Below are positions 38,120 to 51,158 of a DNA stretch of 64,000 nt, piece after piece. This DNA comes from Macrostomum lignano (Eukaryota). Position numbers and translations under genes: made by a program. The notes beneath the pieces are model-generated. The model saw only the letters and a list, made by a program, of their open reading frames with translations, ran no database searches and was not told the origin of the DNA. Position 1 is the first letter of the stretch. Every line of letters begins with the position of its first letter. The stretch spans positions 620,001-684,000 of the forward strand of contig NIVC01000027.1 of the NCBI GenBank assembly GCA_002269645.1, in the 5' to 3' direction.

Positions 38120-39812
38120 TATTCACTGAGATTATCCAGTCTCTGTTCACTGAGATTATCCAGTCTCTGTTCACTGAGATTATCCAGTCTCTGTTCACTG
38201 AGATTATCCAGTCTCTGTTCACTGAGATTATCCAGTCTCTGTTCACTGAGATTATCCAGTCTCTGTTCACTGAGATTATCCAGTCTCTGTTCACTGAGAT
38301 TATCCAGTCTCTATTCACTGAGATTATCCAGTCTCTATTCACTGAAGTTACCCAGTCTCTGTTCACTGAGATTATCCAGTCTCTGTTTACTGAGATTATC
38401 CAGTCTCTGTTTACTGAGATTATCCAGTCTCTATTCACTGAGATTATCCAGTATCTATTCACTAAGATTATCCAGTATCTATTCATTGAGATTATCCAGT
38501 CTCTATTCACTGAGATTATTCAGTCTCTGTTCACTGATATTATCCAGTCTCTGTTTACTGAGATTATCCAGTCTCTATTCACTGAGATTATCCAGTCTCT
38601 ATTCACTGAGATTATCCAGTCTCTATTCACTGAGATTATCCAGTCTCTGTTCACTGAGATTATCCAGTCTCTATTCACTGAGATTATCCAGTCTCTGTTC
38701 ACTGAAGTTATCCAGTCTCTGTTCACTGAGATTATTCAGTCTCTGTTCACTGAGATTATCCAGTCTCTGTTCACTGAGATTATTCAGTCTCTGTTCACTG
38801 AGATTATTCAGTCTCTGTTCACTGAGATTATCCAGTCTCTATTCACTGAGATTATCCAGTCTCTATTCAGTGAGATTATCCAGTCTCTGTTTACTGAGAT
38901 TATCCAGTCTCTATTCACTGAGATTATCCAGTCTCTATTCACTGAGATTATCCAGTCTCTGTTCACTGAGATTATTCAGTCTCTGTTCACTGAGATTATC
39001 CAGTCTCTGTTCACTGATATTATTCAGTCTCTGTTCACTGAGATTATCCAGTCTCTGTTCACTGAGATTATCCAGTCTCTATTCACTGAGATTATCCAGT
39101 CTCTATTCAGTGAGATTATCCAGTCTCTGTTCACTGAGATTATCCAGTCTCTATTCACTGAGATTATCCAGTCTCTATTCACTGAGATTATCCAGTCTCT
39201 ATTCAGTGAGATTATCCAGTCTCTATTCACTGAGATTATCCAGTCTCTGTTCACTGAGATTATTCAGTCTCTGTTCACTGAGATTATCCAGTCTCTGTTC
39301 ACTGAGATTATCCAGTCTCTATTCACTGAGATTATCCAGTCTCTATTCACTGATATTATCCAGTCTCTGTTCACTGAGATTATCCAGTCTCTATTCACTG
39401 AGATTATCCAGTCTCTATTCACTGATATTATCCAGTCTCTGTTCACTGAGATTATCCAGTCTCTATTCACTGAGATTATCCAGTCTCTATTCACTGATAT
39501 TATCCAGTCTCTGTTCACTGAGATTATCCAGTCTCTGTTCACTGAGATTATCCAGTCTCTATTCACTGAGATTATCCAGTCTCTATTCACTGATATTATC
39601 CAGTCTCTGTTCACTGAGATTATCCAGTCTCTATTCACTGAGATTATCCAGTCTCTATTCACTGATATTATCCAGTCTCTGTTCACTGAGATTATCCAGT
39701 CTCTATTCACTGAGATTATCCAGTCTCTGTTCACTGAGATTATCCAGTCTCTATTCACTGAGATTATCCAGTCTCTATTCACTGAGATTATCCAGTCTCT
39801 GTTCACTGAGAT
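38120..39812. repeat. 24-bp minisatellite (TTCACTGAGATTATCCAGTCTCT(G/A)), about 70 copies
   Basis: 8-aa ORF periodicity (VNRDWIIS). Confidence 0.97.
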
Positions 39813-41176
39813 TGCTTTAGAACACCTGAGAAGATTTTAAGAGACTGCAGAGCACCTTAAAGCTGACAGTGGGATTCTGAGCCATTCGTGGAGATTCTGT
39901 GAGACTTCAGAAGAGCCTTAACGCACAGAGATGTATGCCAGCAAATGATTACATAAATATAGAATATATACGAGCTCCTACTGCAAATTAAGCATGTTGA
40001 GGAAAATTCTTCACCTGCTACCTGTAGTAGTATTTGTTAAGCAGTTGCGGAGGGAACTGAAACTGCGCACTCTGGAATCAAAATACACCAAAATTGCTCA
40101 TTCTTATGACATTTCATTTTATTATTACGCTAATATTTTTATTTGTAATATGGATTTAGGTATGTTTTACAAATTTCGAAATAGCAGGGCCATAACTTTG
40201 ATGGAGTCGGGGGCTCAGCCCAAGCTTTAGGACAATATTAGGGATTTTGTCAGGACCAGGAGCTCCTCAGAATCTTAGCTTTCTAATTTCCATTAATACG
40301 AATGTATCTGTGTCAAGAATATCCGGTTTATCTGATTCAGTGTCTTCTCTGTCGGGGTCATCAGGGTCAGCCCTGTCCCGGTGATATGAGAGAGGCTCTG
40401 ATAATGTAATCATGAGGGAAAATAGTTTTTTGGACTCAATGCAGGTCCTCAATTTCTATACAGTTTGGAATCCCTGCTGAGTTGAGGCTGCATCTGAGCT
40501 TCATGCAAATCTTGAAACAAGTATGCAGTCTCCTCTTCAGCCTCAGCTGAGGTTTCCTTGTAACTAAGGCTGGGGAAGGAGACGGGTTTGATTGACTCAG
40601 CCGTCATCTTTTTTATATCGACCCATAATTTGCGAAGTTCCATTCTATAACTGGTTTTAGCGACTTTTTACCGAAGTCTTTACATTTTCACAACGCTGCA
40701 TCCTGATAGAGCGCCTATTTTGTTTAGTCAGAACTCAAAAATTATAAATCCTGGTCTTTTTATAAACTTTGCTAAGTTTTTGTGTTTGATTCTACAGATA
40801 ATATCCGGAGACAGCGGCTCCGTGGATTCACGATCTGGGACAACTTCGTAGTAGATCCATCTGCAATTCGGCGCTCGGCGCTCTGCAATTCGGCGCTTCG
40901 GCTTTCGTCGCTCAGCCGCAGCCTCAACTGCTCTCCTACAGAAACTGAGGAACCCACACTGAGGATTCCAGAATATTCCATAAAAGTACATTGTTGAATT
41001 CTTCCCTCGCTTTCCAGAAACATCAATTGAAATTCTAAGTTGCTATCGGATATTCTAAATAATTGCATAGAACTTTATATGCACCTTAATATTTATATTT
41101 TTTACGTTTCTGGTTCTGTGTGCATGTATGTTAATGTTTAAAGACTTCAGTTTCTAATCTTCCCAGACATCTTCCC

Positions 41177-41805
41177 AGAGCAGCCCTGACAATCTTTATG
41201 TCAGCAACTCTGCCCCATAGCAGCCCTGACACTCTGTATGTCAGCAACTCTGCCCCGCAGCCGCCCTGACACTCTGTATGTCAGCAACTCTGCCCCGCAG
41301 CCGCCCTGACACTCTGTATGTCAGCAACTCTGCCCCACAGCAGCCCTGACAATCTTTATGTCAGCAACTCTGCCCCACAGCAGCCCTGACAATCTTTATG
41401 TCAGCAACTCTGCCCCACAGCAGCCCTGACACTCTGTATGTCAGCAACTCTGCCCCACAGCAGCCCTGACACTCTGTATGTCAGCAACTCTGCCCCGCAG
41501 CCGCCCTGACACTCTGTATGTCAGCAACTCTGCCCCGCAGCCGCCCTGACACTCTGTATGTCAGCAACTCTGCCCCGCAGCCGCCCTGACACTCTGTATG
41601 TCAGCAACTCTGCCCCGCAGCCGCCCTGACACTCTGTATGTCAGCAACTCTGCCCCACAGCAGCCCTGACAATCTTTATGTCAGCAACTCTGCCCCACAG
41701 CAGCCCTGACAATCTTTATGTCAGCAACTCTGCCCCACAGCAGCCCTGACACTCTGTATGTCAGCAAATCTGCCCCATAGCAGTCCTGACAATCTTTATG
41801 TCAGA
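41177..41805. repeat. 40-bp minisatellite (CAGCAGCCCTGACACTCTGTATGTCAGCAACTCTGCCCCA) with an internal CTGACA/TGTCAG inverted repeat
   Basis: Direct reading. Confidence 0.95.
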
Positions 41806-41858
41806 AAAACTGTGAGACTTCAGAAGAGCCGAAGCGTGAAAATTTAAGCTGAAGTAAC

Positions 41859-43640
41859 AGCTGTGAGATTGTGAAAGCACTCACTGACTACTGTTGAGTA
41901 GCAGTGCAAGTCTTGTAGTTGAGTCTGGGCAGAACACTTAATGAACAATAATGTGCTCAAGCTGCTTATGTTTGCGCTGATCTGCTTCACCGCAACAAAG
42001 TATTTTCAAATTCGAAATGCAATATCGATAATGGACTTGGCCTAAAATGATAATTATTTATATTGGATTTTGATTGCACCAATTTTGCAAGAAAATCCGC
42101 AGTCGCACACTGACTGCTTTAAGTAGCCACGCACTGACATTGCAGCAGTTCTGCTGTTCCCTCAGAGCCAATGGGAGAGGCAGAAAGCTGGGCAGAGGCG
42201 GCCGCACAAGCCAGCAAAAGCAGCCGCAATCTGAGCAGGCAGGGTGAGAAGGAATTCGCTGCAGCTGCTCCAGGGCCAATAAAATCTGCTGCAGAGGCGG
42301 CCGCTGCCCTGCCGGACTCTCGGGCTGAGCTGAGACCTTGGACGCCATGGAAGAGCGATTTAGAAAGATTTTTGAAGAAAGAGTAAGTAAAGTTAAAAGG
42401 AGCAAATTAAAGCATAATTTTTGTGGGTTCAATTGCAGTTGCAGGAACTCGCATGTTTGAATGTGCAGCTTGGGTGCCTCAATTGCAGTTGCAGGAACTC
42501 ACATGTTTGAATGTGCAGCTTGGGTGCCTCACTTGCAGTTGCAGGAACTCACTCACATGTTTGAATGTGCAGCTTGGGTGCCTCAATTGCAGTTGCAGGA
42601 ACTCACTCACATGTTTGAAAGTGCAGCTTAGGTGCCTCAATTACAGTTGCAGGAACTCACTCGCATGTTTGAAAGTGCAGCTTAGGTGCCTCAATTACAG
42701 TTTCAGGAACTCACTGAGCCGGACCCCAAAAACCGGGCAAGCGTCGGAGACTCACCAGCCGATCTCCAGACTCTCGCCTACGACGTCATCCGAGGTGACT
42801 TCGGCCAGGTGCGGCGGCTGGCAACGCGCCAGCTGGTCACCAGCGCTGATGCAGCTCGTCCGACCGTCCTCATGCTGGTGGCCGACGCTCCTGAGACTCC
42901 CGTGCACACTGAAAAGTGCATCTTGTACTCATTTGAGCTGGGCGTGAACCCCAAGGCGGCTGACGCAAACGGCGACACGGCTGCGCACCTGGCAGCCCGG
43001 CAGGACCACCTGCGGCTGCTGACGCTGCTGTCGTTCGATGCGAAGTGGCTGCGAAACGACAACGGCGCCACTCCGCTGATGGAGGCGGCGCGGACTGGAA
43101 GCTGGAAATGCGCCAAGCACCTGCTGCACCTGTTCAGATCGGAGATGTTGAATGGATCATGTTGTGGAGGTTGTTTAAGTACGTTCGTGCTGTTCGGACT
43201 GAAGGATCGCGAGGGTCGGACGGCGTCGGACCTGGCGAGGCTCAGCGGCCACTCAGAGCTGGCCAGCTACATCGAGCGGTGAGTGAGCAGTTGAGCAGTG
43301 AGGTGTGCAGTGAGAGTGTGTGGGTTGAGCTGCAGATGGAGAACTGGGAGGCTGTGCGTGAGTGCTTTGTGAGACATTGTGAGGTGGAAGGAAACTCATG
43401 CTGCAGAAATGGAAAATGAGCTGCGTGTGAGAAGTCGGATGCGCTCTCGCCAATGCTGATTGTTGCAGAGCTGCTGCAGTCCTCTTGGAAACTCCATCTG
43501 CGAGCAGCACAGATAATTGGAAATTTCTGTTTACTAAATTTATCATGAAAATTAAATTGTACAACTTAAAATTTTTTGTGACAGTAGTTGTCGTATTTGA
43601 GAAAACTGCAAATTCGCTGCTCCTTTTTACTGTTTCAGGG
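41859..43640 (+). repeat. Segmental duplication copy 2
   Basis: Colinear with 29203-31303; lacks about 170 bp present in intron 2 of copy 1 (about 30775-30965). Confidence 0.92.
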
Positions 43641-46600
43641 AGATGGGGCTGGGTATAGATGATGATGGCTCTATCTCCGGCCTGGGAGACCAGGTGAGCG
43701 GCATCTGCGGTGCCGATGCGGCTGCAGCTGAGCAGCTGTGCTCAAATTTCCCGTTCCCCTTTGCAGGAGGCAGATCGACAGGAACTGCAGCGGCTGGCCG
43801 AGGCGGGCGACTCGGCGGGGCTGCGGCGAGCGGCGACCCGCGGCAGCTGCGACCTGCCTGACAGATCGGGTCTCACCCCGTTGATGTGGGCAGCTCGGAA
43901 CAGCTCGTGCGGTGATGAGGCTCTGTGGGAGCAGCTGGTGCAGCTGGGTGACCCCACCTGTGCGGATAGATGGGCTCGCAGTTGCCTGCACCATGCAGCC
44001 AGGGCTGGCAATTCTGCCGCAGCCTCCGCTCTGCTGGCTGCCGGAGCCTCCGCCAATGCCAGGGATGACTCTGACCCCACGCCCCTCATGTGGGCAGCCA
44101 AATTTGCGCCCCCCGCCACCGCCGCCGCAGTCGGTCGGGTTCTGCTGGACTCAGGGGCGGATTGGAGCCTGAACAGAAACGGCAGGACTGCGCTCGATTT
44201 GGCCGCACAGAATGGAAAGAGCAAACTGGCTGAGCTGCTGCGTGGGTGAGTTTCCATGGCGACTGAGAATGTCTCTCTGACTTTGATTTATCATTGATAA
44301 ACATTATGCTGTAATTTATGATTGAATATTGAGCAGCTGACTGCAGTTGCTCTGAGTGGGCATTTTTACATTTTTGTAGTTTACATTTTTGTAGTTTGTA
44401 GTTTAAATGGGCAGCAGAAACTGACTGAGCTGCATTGAGGGAGTTTGCAGTGCATTTTGACTGCAGATTGCCAGTTGAATAATAATGCTCAGCTGCCTGC
44501 GAGCTGTGAGACACCAAGCAAGCGATTTTCTGTAGCATTAGAGTTCAATTTTAACATGTGAATTTTTTGTGTATTTTTTTCAATTTTTTGTAATTATTTA
44601 ACAGAAAAAACACTGGCACAAAGCATGTGCTCCCATGTGAATTTCTGTGACTTCAGACTCCGCACTGCCCATTTAGGTACGACGGCAAGAATTACTTTAA
44701 CGAACCTCTGGAACTGCCGTGAGTTCCTTCAGCACACAGCTAAAGCACACAGCTACAGCACACACAGCTACAGCACACACAGCTACAGCACACACAGCTA
44801 CAGCACACAGCTACAGCACACACAGCTACAGCACACAGCTACAGCATACAGCTACAGCACACAGCTAAAGCACGCAGCTACAGCACACAGCTACAGCACA
44901 CACAGCTACAACACACAGCTACAGCATACAGCTACAGCACACACAGCTACAGCACACAGCTAAAGCACGCAGCTACAGCACACAGCTACAGCACACACAG
45001 CTACAGCCACACAGCTACAGCACACAGCTACAGCACACACAGCTACAGCACACAGCTAAAGCACGCAGCTACAGCACACAGCTACAGCACACACAGCTAC
45101 AACACACAGCTACAGCACACACAGCTACAGCACACAGCTAAAGCACACAGCTACAGCATACAGCTACAGCACACAGCTACAACACACAGCTACAGCACAC
45201 ACAGCTACAGCACACACAGCTACAACACAGCCACAGTACACACAGCTACAGCACACACAGCTACAGCACACAGCTAAAGCACGCAGCTACAGCACACAGC
45301 TACAGCACACACAGCTACAACACACAGCTACAGCACACACAGCTACAGCACACAGCTAAAGCACACAGCTACAGCATACAGCTACAGCACACAGCTACAA
45401 CACACAGCTACAGCACACACAGCTACAGCACACACAGCTACAACACAGCCACAGTACACACAGCTACAGCACACACAGCTACAACACACAGCTACAGCAC
45501 ACACAGCTACAGCACACACAGCTACAGCACACAGCTACAGCACACACAGCTACAGCACACAGCTACAGCATACAGCTACAGCACACAGCTAAAGCACGCA
45601 GCTACAGCACACAGCTACAGCACACACAGCTACAACACACAGCTACAGCACACACAGCTACAGCACACAGCTACAACACACAGCTACAGCACACACAGCT
45701 ACAGCACACACAGCTACAACACACAGCCACAGTACACACAGCTACAGCACACACAGCTACAATACACAGCTACAGCACACACAGCTACAGCACACACAGC
45801 TACAGCACACACAGCTACAGCATACAGCTACAGCACACACAGCTACAGCACACACAGCTACAACACACAGCTACAGCACACACAGCTACAGCACACACAG
45901 CTACAACACAGTTACAGCACACCGAGGTGAGAAAACTGCATAGCGTTTTGGCTTATTACAGGCGAAGAGTTGTCACGGACCATGCTCATGACGAGGAACC
46001 GAGTGATGATGAAAGTTCTTCGTGAGTGATTTTTCTAATTATGTGGTATTTAAAAACTATTTACTCATTGAATTGTGCAATTGAATTTATTCCTGTGTCA
46101 ATTTTTAAAAATTCAGAAACCCTAAAGGAGCCACGAGCGTTAAAGCAGTTCGACATCAACCGTCAAGGTGGTTAATACATAATTATTCGTGTGCATTTAA
46201 AGTGTAAAACCACATTGAGTATCTGCTGTATTCCATGCAGGTACGAAGAAGATTTCTATCCAGTGACGAACCCGCAAGGCTACTGCTTGATCATCAACAT
46301 CAGCGAGTACGACTCCGGAAGTGACATCACATTAAATTTTGAAGAGCGTCAAGGTTCAGATCGTGATGTTGACCGAGTGAAGCAGATATTCGAGAGGCTG
46401 CGCTTCATCGTCAAGATAAAAAAGGACCTCACTGCTGAGCAGTTGGATGATTTCCTCCATGAGATTAAAAAGTCACCGGACCTTGCCAAGCACGGCAGTT
46501 TTGTCTGCTTCTTGATGGCGCACGGCAGCCACGACTGCATCTACGGTAAGAACGGCGTGCCCTGCGAAATTCGAAACCTGACGGAAAAGTTCAAGGTAAG

Positions 46601-47242
46601 CCACTATAGCTAATAATATCATGTTTGTTATTTTATGAGCGTATATGAGCAATAACAGGGATATGAAAATCCCTAAGAATTCTTAAGAGTAGAAACCAAT
46701 GATATTGAAACGAGAGTAATGTTTAGCCTGTTTTTCGTCGCTGCAAAAGGCTAGGCTAAACTGTACTCTTAGTTTATAAGGCCGAAGACTCCACTGCCAA
46801 TACCATCGCATCACAGAGCTCTGTCTGCCGCAGCCTTGAAGGAAAGCCGAAGGTGTTCTTCATCCAGGCCTGTCGCGGCAGCCGTCGCGACCGAGCTGTT
46901 GCTCGGAGCTCTCGTGAGCAAACGGACGAGGCAGGCGCTCCGGTGTACAACTCCGCAATCCGCCCTGCAGAGGGCGACTTTCTGCTCTGCTACGCCACCA
47001 CTCCAGGCTCAGCCGCCTTTAGAAACATCGACTCGGGCTCGCGGTACGTGCAGACTGTTTGCGAGTTCATCGAGAAGTACTTCCGTGAGCTCGACCTAAT
47101 TACCATTATGACCAAGGTGAGCGGCTACTTGCACAAAAACCCGGTTCAGGTGAAAGGCGGCCTGTATCACGTTGTTCCGCAGAAAGTCGACCAGCTTTCA
47201 AGCCTGGTTAGCTTCGATCCAGAAAGAGCTCGGAAAGTTTAG
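42347..47242 (+). CDS. Ankyrin-repeat caspase (two ANK modules + caspase p20/p10), about 677 aa
   Basis: Exons 42347-42382, 42707-43278 (ANK module 1), 43639-43693 (linker), 43767-44245 (ANK module 2: GLTPLMWAA, SCLHHAA, PTPLMWAA, GRTALDLAA), 45962-46021, 46117-46167, 46241-46595 (GYCLIIN, RQGSDRD, FLMAHG), 46817-47242 (GKPKVFFIQACRG, DFLLCYATTPG, AFR..GS.YV). All introns are GT-AG with matching phases 0/2/0/2/2/2/0; total 2034 nt = 678 codons. Confidence 0.85.
42433..42718. repeat. 50/54-bp intronic tandem repeat containing the exon-2 acceptor (paralog of 29901-30192)
   Basis: GCAGTTGCAGGAACTC units; the last unit reads TTTCAG|GAACTC at 42706/42707. Confidence 0.9.
44727..45922. repeat. ACAGCTACAGCAC(AC) satellite, long copy (about 1.2 kb)
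   Basis: Direct reading; lies in the intron between ANK module 2 and the caspase linker exon. Confidence 0.97.
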
Positions 47243-48764
47243 AGGCTACTTAATGAAACTGTTTGGTGGTCTCTGAGACACCCAAGCAACATGAGTTTCC
47301 ACACCGAAAGCAGTTCATGGGGACTGAGAACTGAAAGTGGCAGCTTCAATCCAACTCTAGCCATGACTCTCCACTCTCTCCTCACCTGCGGCCTTGTGAC
47401 AAAAATCGCATCACCCTCAGTTGAGATGAATTTCGTTATTTGGGGCTGAGATCTGAGAAAATTTGGCCACTGGTTTCGGGGTGGAAACTTTTACATGTTG
47501 CTGAGTGAGTAATATTTGAACTATACATATCTAAGTTTCGCTCTGCTCCCTGTAGCCTAGATAATCTAGATGTTATTGGTTTTGATATATACTATCTTTC
47601 TTGCTGTTTAACAAGCTTAACAATTCTCAATTACGTTAATTTTTGGCCCTTCTGCTCAAGCGCACTTTATCCTAATTGTTAATCGCCTCCCATGTCTACT
47701 TAGGTTGATCTGTTTAACCTTTTTAACCTAAGTAGTTTTTTATAATCGTTTTTTTCTTTCAGTTCAAGTTTTTAACCCTGTGATGAATTGATTCTGAACT
47801 ACAAAAGTTTAATCAAAATCTTTCTGAAAAATAAACCTGTTTTTATTTTAGTTTTATCCCGCGGTAAAAAACTTTTCATCGCAAACCAAATAAAATTGAT
47901 TGTTGCTTGGTGACTCCTTGATGAGCAGTTGGCAACTGCAGGCACAGGTGCGCCATCGGATGCTTAGGAATGTGCCTGAGATATAAACTGCAGACAGATA
48001 AGAATAAAAAATAATAGAAAGATTGGTGGAACATCTGGCCAGTGGGTCAAAGCGAGGGTGGATTGATAAACTCTGTTCAATTGTATGCGTGCACATGCAG
48101 CTGGCTAAGAGAGCCCTGTGAGCAGGACTGCTCAAGCTCGCAGCTGAACAAAACACGAGCTGAGCGAGCATTTGCTACAAAATGCAACAAATGCTTGACA
48201 AGCCAGTGTTTTATGAGCCAAAGGCAGGAAAATGAAACTGATGGAGAGGCGGACTCGAATGTGCAATAGAATTGAATTTTTACAGATGCGCAACAAAACA
48301 CAAGCTGAGCAGAGAGAGAGGGAGAGAGAGAGAGATGCAGAGCGAAGTGCATCGAAGAGACGCTAAAAAAACTGAGCGCCCACCCCACCCCCGAGAGCCC
48401 AAGGCACGACTCAAGGCAGTGCAAGAGGTCTGTGACTCACTTTTGAGTAAAATAAATGTACGTAGTATAGCGAATCTTCAGGTGCAAACAAATTTCCTGA
48501 AAAATTCAATCCAGCCCATCTCTTTCACGGCAAATAATTCTTATGAGTTATGAGTTCTTACATTCTTATGAGTACTATAAGTAGATTATTGTAAGCAATA
48601 TTGCTTGGGGAGATTTAAAAGTATTTTTGGACTGCTAGAATATACATCCACAGGGACAAAGAAGCGATGCATAGAGATTGATGGCAGCTGCTGTACCGTG
48701 TTTTTTTCACGCTTTTGGAGGAAAGGTGGGTGTCCCTTCAGTATCGATATTAACCCCTCCAGCC

Positions 48765-50853
48765 CTGCACCCACCCTACATCCCAGCCTGTCTCTCCCTG
48801 CCCCCACCCTGCATCCCAGCCTGCCTCTCTCCCTGCCCCTCACACTACATCCCAGCCTGTCTCTCCCTGCCCCTCACCCTGCATCCCAGCCTGTCTCTCC
48901 CTGCCCCCACCCTACATCCCAGCCTGTCTCTCCCTGCCCCTCACCCTACATCCCAGCCTGTCTCTCCCTGCCACACCCTACATCCCAGCCTGTCTCTCTC
49001 CCTGCTCGTCACCCTACATCCCAGCCTGTCTCTCCCTGCCCCCACCCTACATCCCAGCCTGTCTCTCCCTGCACCCACCCTACATCCCAGCCTGTCTCTC
49101 CCTGCCCCCACCCTGCATCCCAGCCTGCCTCTCTCCCTGCCCCTCACACTACATCCCAGCCTGTCTCTCCCTGCCCCTCACCCTGCATCCCAGCCTGTCT
49201 CTCCCTGCCCCCACCCTACATCCCAGCCTGTCTCTCCCTGCCCCTCACCCTACATCCCAGCCTGTCTCTCCCTGCCACACCCTACATCCCAGCCTGTCTC
49301 TCTCCCTGCTCGTCACCCTACATCCCAGCCTGTCTCTCCCTGCCCCCACCCTACATCCCAGCCTGTCTCTCCCTGCACCCACCCTACATCCCAGCCTGTC
49401 TCTCCCTGCCCCCACCCTGCATCCCAGCCTGCCTCTCTCCCTGCCCCTCACACTACATCCCAGCCTGTCTCTCCCTGCCCCTCACCCTGCATCCCAGCCT
49501 GTCTCTCCCTGCCCCCACCCTACATCCCAGCCTGTCTCTCCCTGCCCCTCACCCTACATCCCAGCCTGTCTCTCCCTGCCACACCCTACATCCCAGCCTG
49601 TCTCTCTCCCTGCTCGTCACCCTACATCCCAGCCTGTCTCTCCCTGCCCCCACCCTACATCCCAGCCTGTCTCTCCCTGCCCCACCCTACATCCCAGCCT
49701 GTCTCTCCCTGCCCCTCACCCTGCATACCAGCCTCTTTCCCTGCCCCCACCCTACATCCCAGCCTGTCTCTCCCTGCCCCCACCTACATCCCAGCCTGTC
49801 TCTCCCTGCCCCCACCCTACATCCCAGCCTGTCTCTCCCTGCCCCCACCTACATCCCAGCCTGTCTCTCCCTGCCCCCACCCTACATCCCAGCCTGTCTC
49901 TCTCCCTGCTCGTCACCCTACATCCCAGCCTGTCTCTCCCTGCTCCTCGCCCTACATACCAGCCTGTCTCTCCCTGCCCCCACCCTACATCCCAGCCTGT
50001 CTCTCTCCCTGCTCGTCACCCTACATCCCAGCCTGTCTCTCCCTGCTCCTCGCCCTACATACCAGCCTGTCTCTCCCTGCCCCCACCCTACATCCCAGCC
50101 TGTCTCTCTCCCTGCTCGTCGCCCTACATCCCAGCCTGTCTCTCCCTGATCCTCGCCCTACATCCCAGCCTGTCTCTCCCTGCCCCTCGCCCTACATCCC
50201 AGCCTGTCTCTCCCTGCCCCTCGCCCTACATCCCAGCCTGTCTCTCCCTGCCCCTCGCCCTACATCCCAGCCTGTCTCTCTCCCTGCTCGTCGCCCTACA
50301 TCCCAGCCTGTCTCTCCCTGATCCTCGCCCTACATCCCAGCCTGTCTCTCCCTGCCCCTCGCCCTACATCCCAGCCTGTCTCTCTCCCTGATCCTCGCCC
50401 TACATCCCAGCCTGTCTCTCTCCCTGATCCTCGCCCTACATCCCAGCCTGTCTCTCTCCCTGATCCTCGCCCTACATCCCAGCCTGTCTCTCTCCCTGAT
50501 CCTCGCCCTACATCCCAGCCTGTCTCTCTCCCTGATCCTCGCCCTACATCCCAGCCTGTCTCTCTCCCTGATCCTCGCCCTACATCCCAGCCTGTCTCTC
50601 TCCCTGATCCTCGCCCTACATCCCAGCCTGTCTCTCTCCCTGATCCTCGCCCTACATCCAAGCCTGTCTCTCTCCCTGATCCTCGCCCTACATCCCAGCC
50701 TGTCTCTCTCCCTGATCCTCGCCCTACATCCCAGCCTGTCTCTCTCCCTGCCCCTCGCCCTACATCCCAGCCTGTCTCTCCCTGCCCCTCGCCCTACATC
50801 CCAGCCTGTCTCTCCCTGCCCCTCGCCCTACATCCCAGCCTGTCTCTCTCCCT
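48765..50853. repeat. ~33-36-bp pyrimidine-rich minisatellite (CCCTACATCCCAGCCTGTCTCTCCCTGCCCC) with a ~304-bp higher-order block
   Basis: Identical ORFs at 48941 and 49245 are offset by 304 bp. Confidence 0.96.
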
Positions 50854-51158
50854 AATTCTAAACGCCCAATTATGAGTGCAAGGCTCGCATCTGAAAACCC
50901 GCAGTGCCGAATATCCAAGGCAGCGAATTTTAGTCACCGAGAACGCACAGGCGCAGTGCAAAGCAGTGAATGGTTTGAGACGGTAGGGTTAGCGCTCAAG
51001 CAGTTTGTCTGTGCCGCTATTAGGCAGCCATCAACCCCCCAGAAAAGCATTTGCTGCAAGTCTTCTTTTGTCACGCAAGAGAGAGGCTGCGAATTTGCTG
51101 ATGCAGCTGCTGAGAGACTGTTGCTAATTAAGGAAACAGGTGGGGCGAACGGAGCGCA

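Noticed and set aside
39898-41830. 21-bp direct repeat CTGTGAGACTTCAGAAGAGCC at about 39898 and 41810
   Set aside because: No terminal repeats or element-like content between the copies; too little support for an insertion call.
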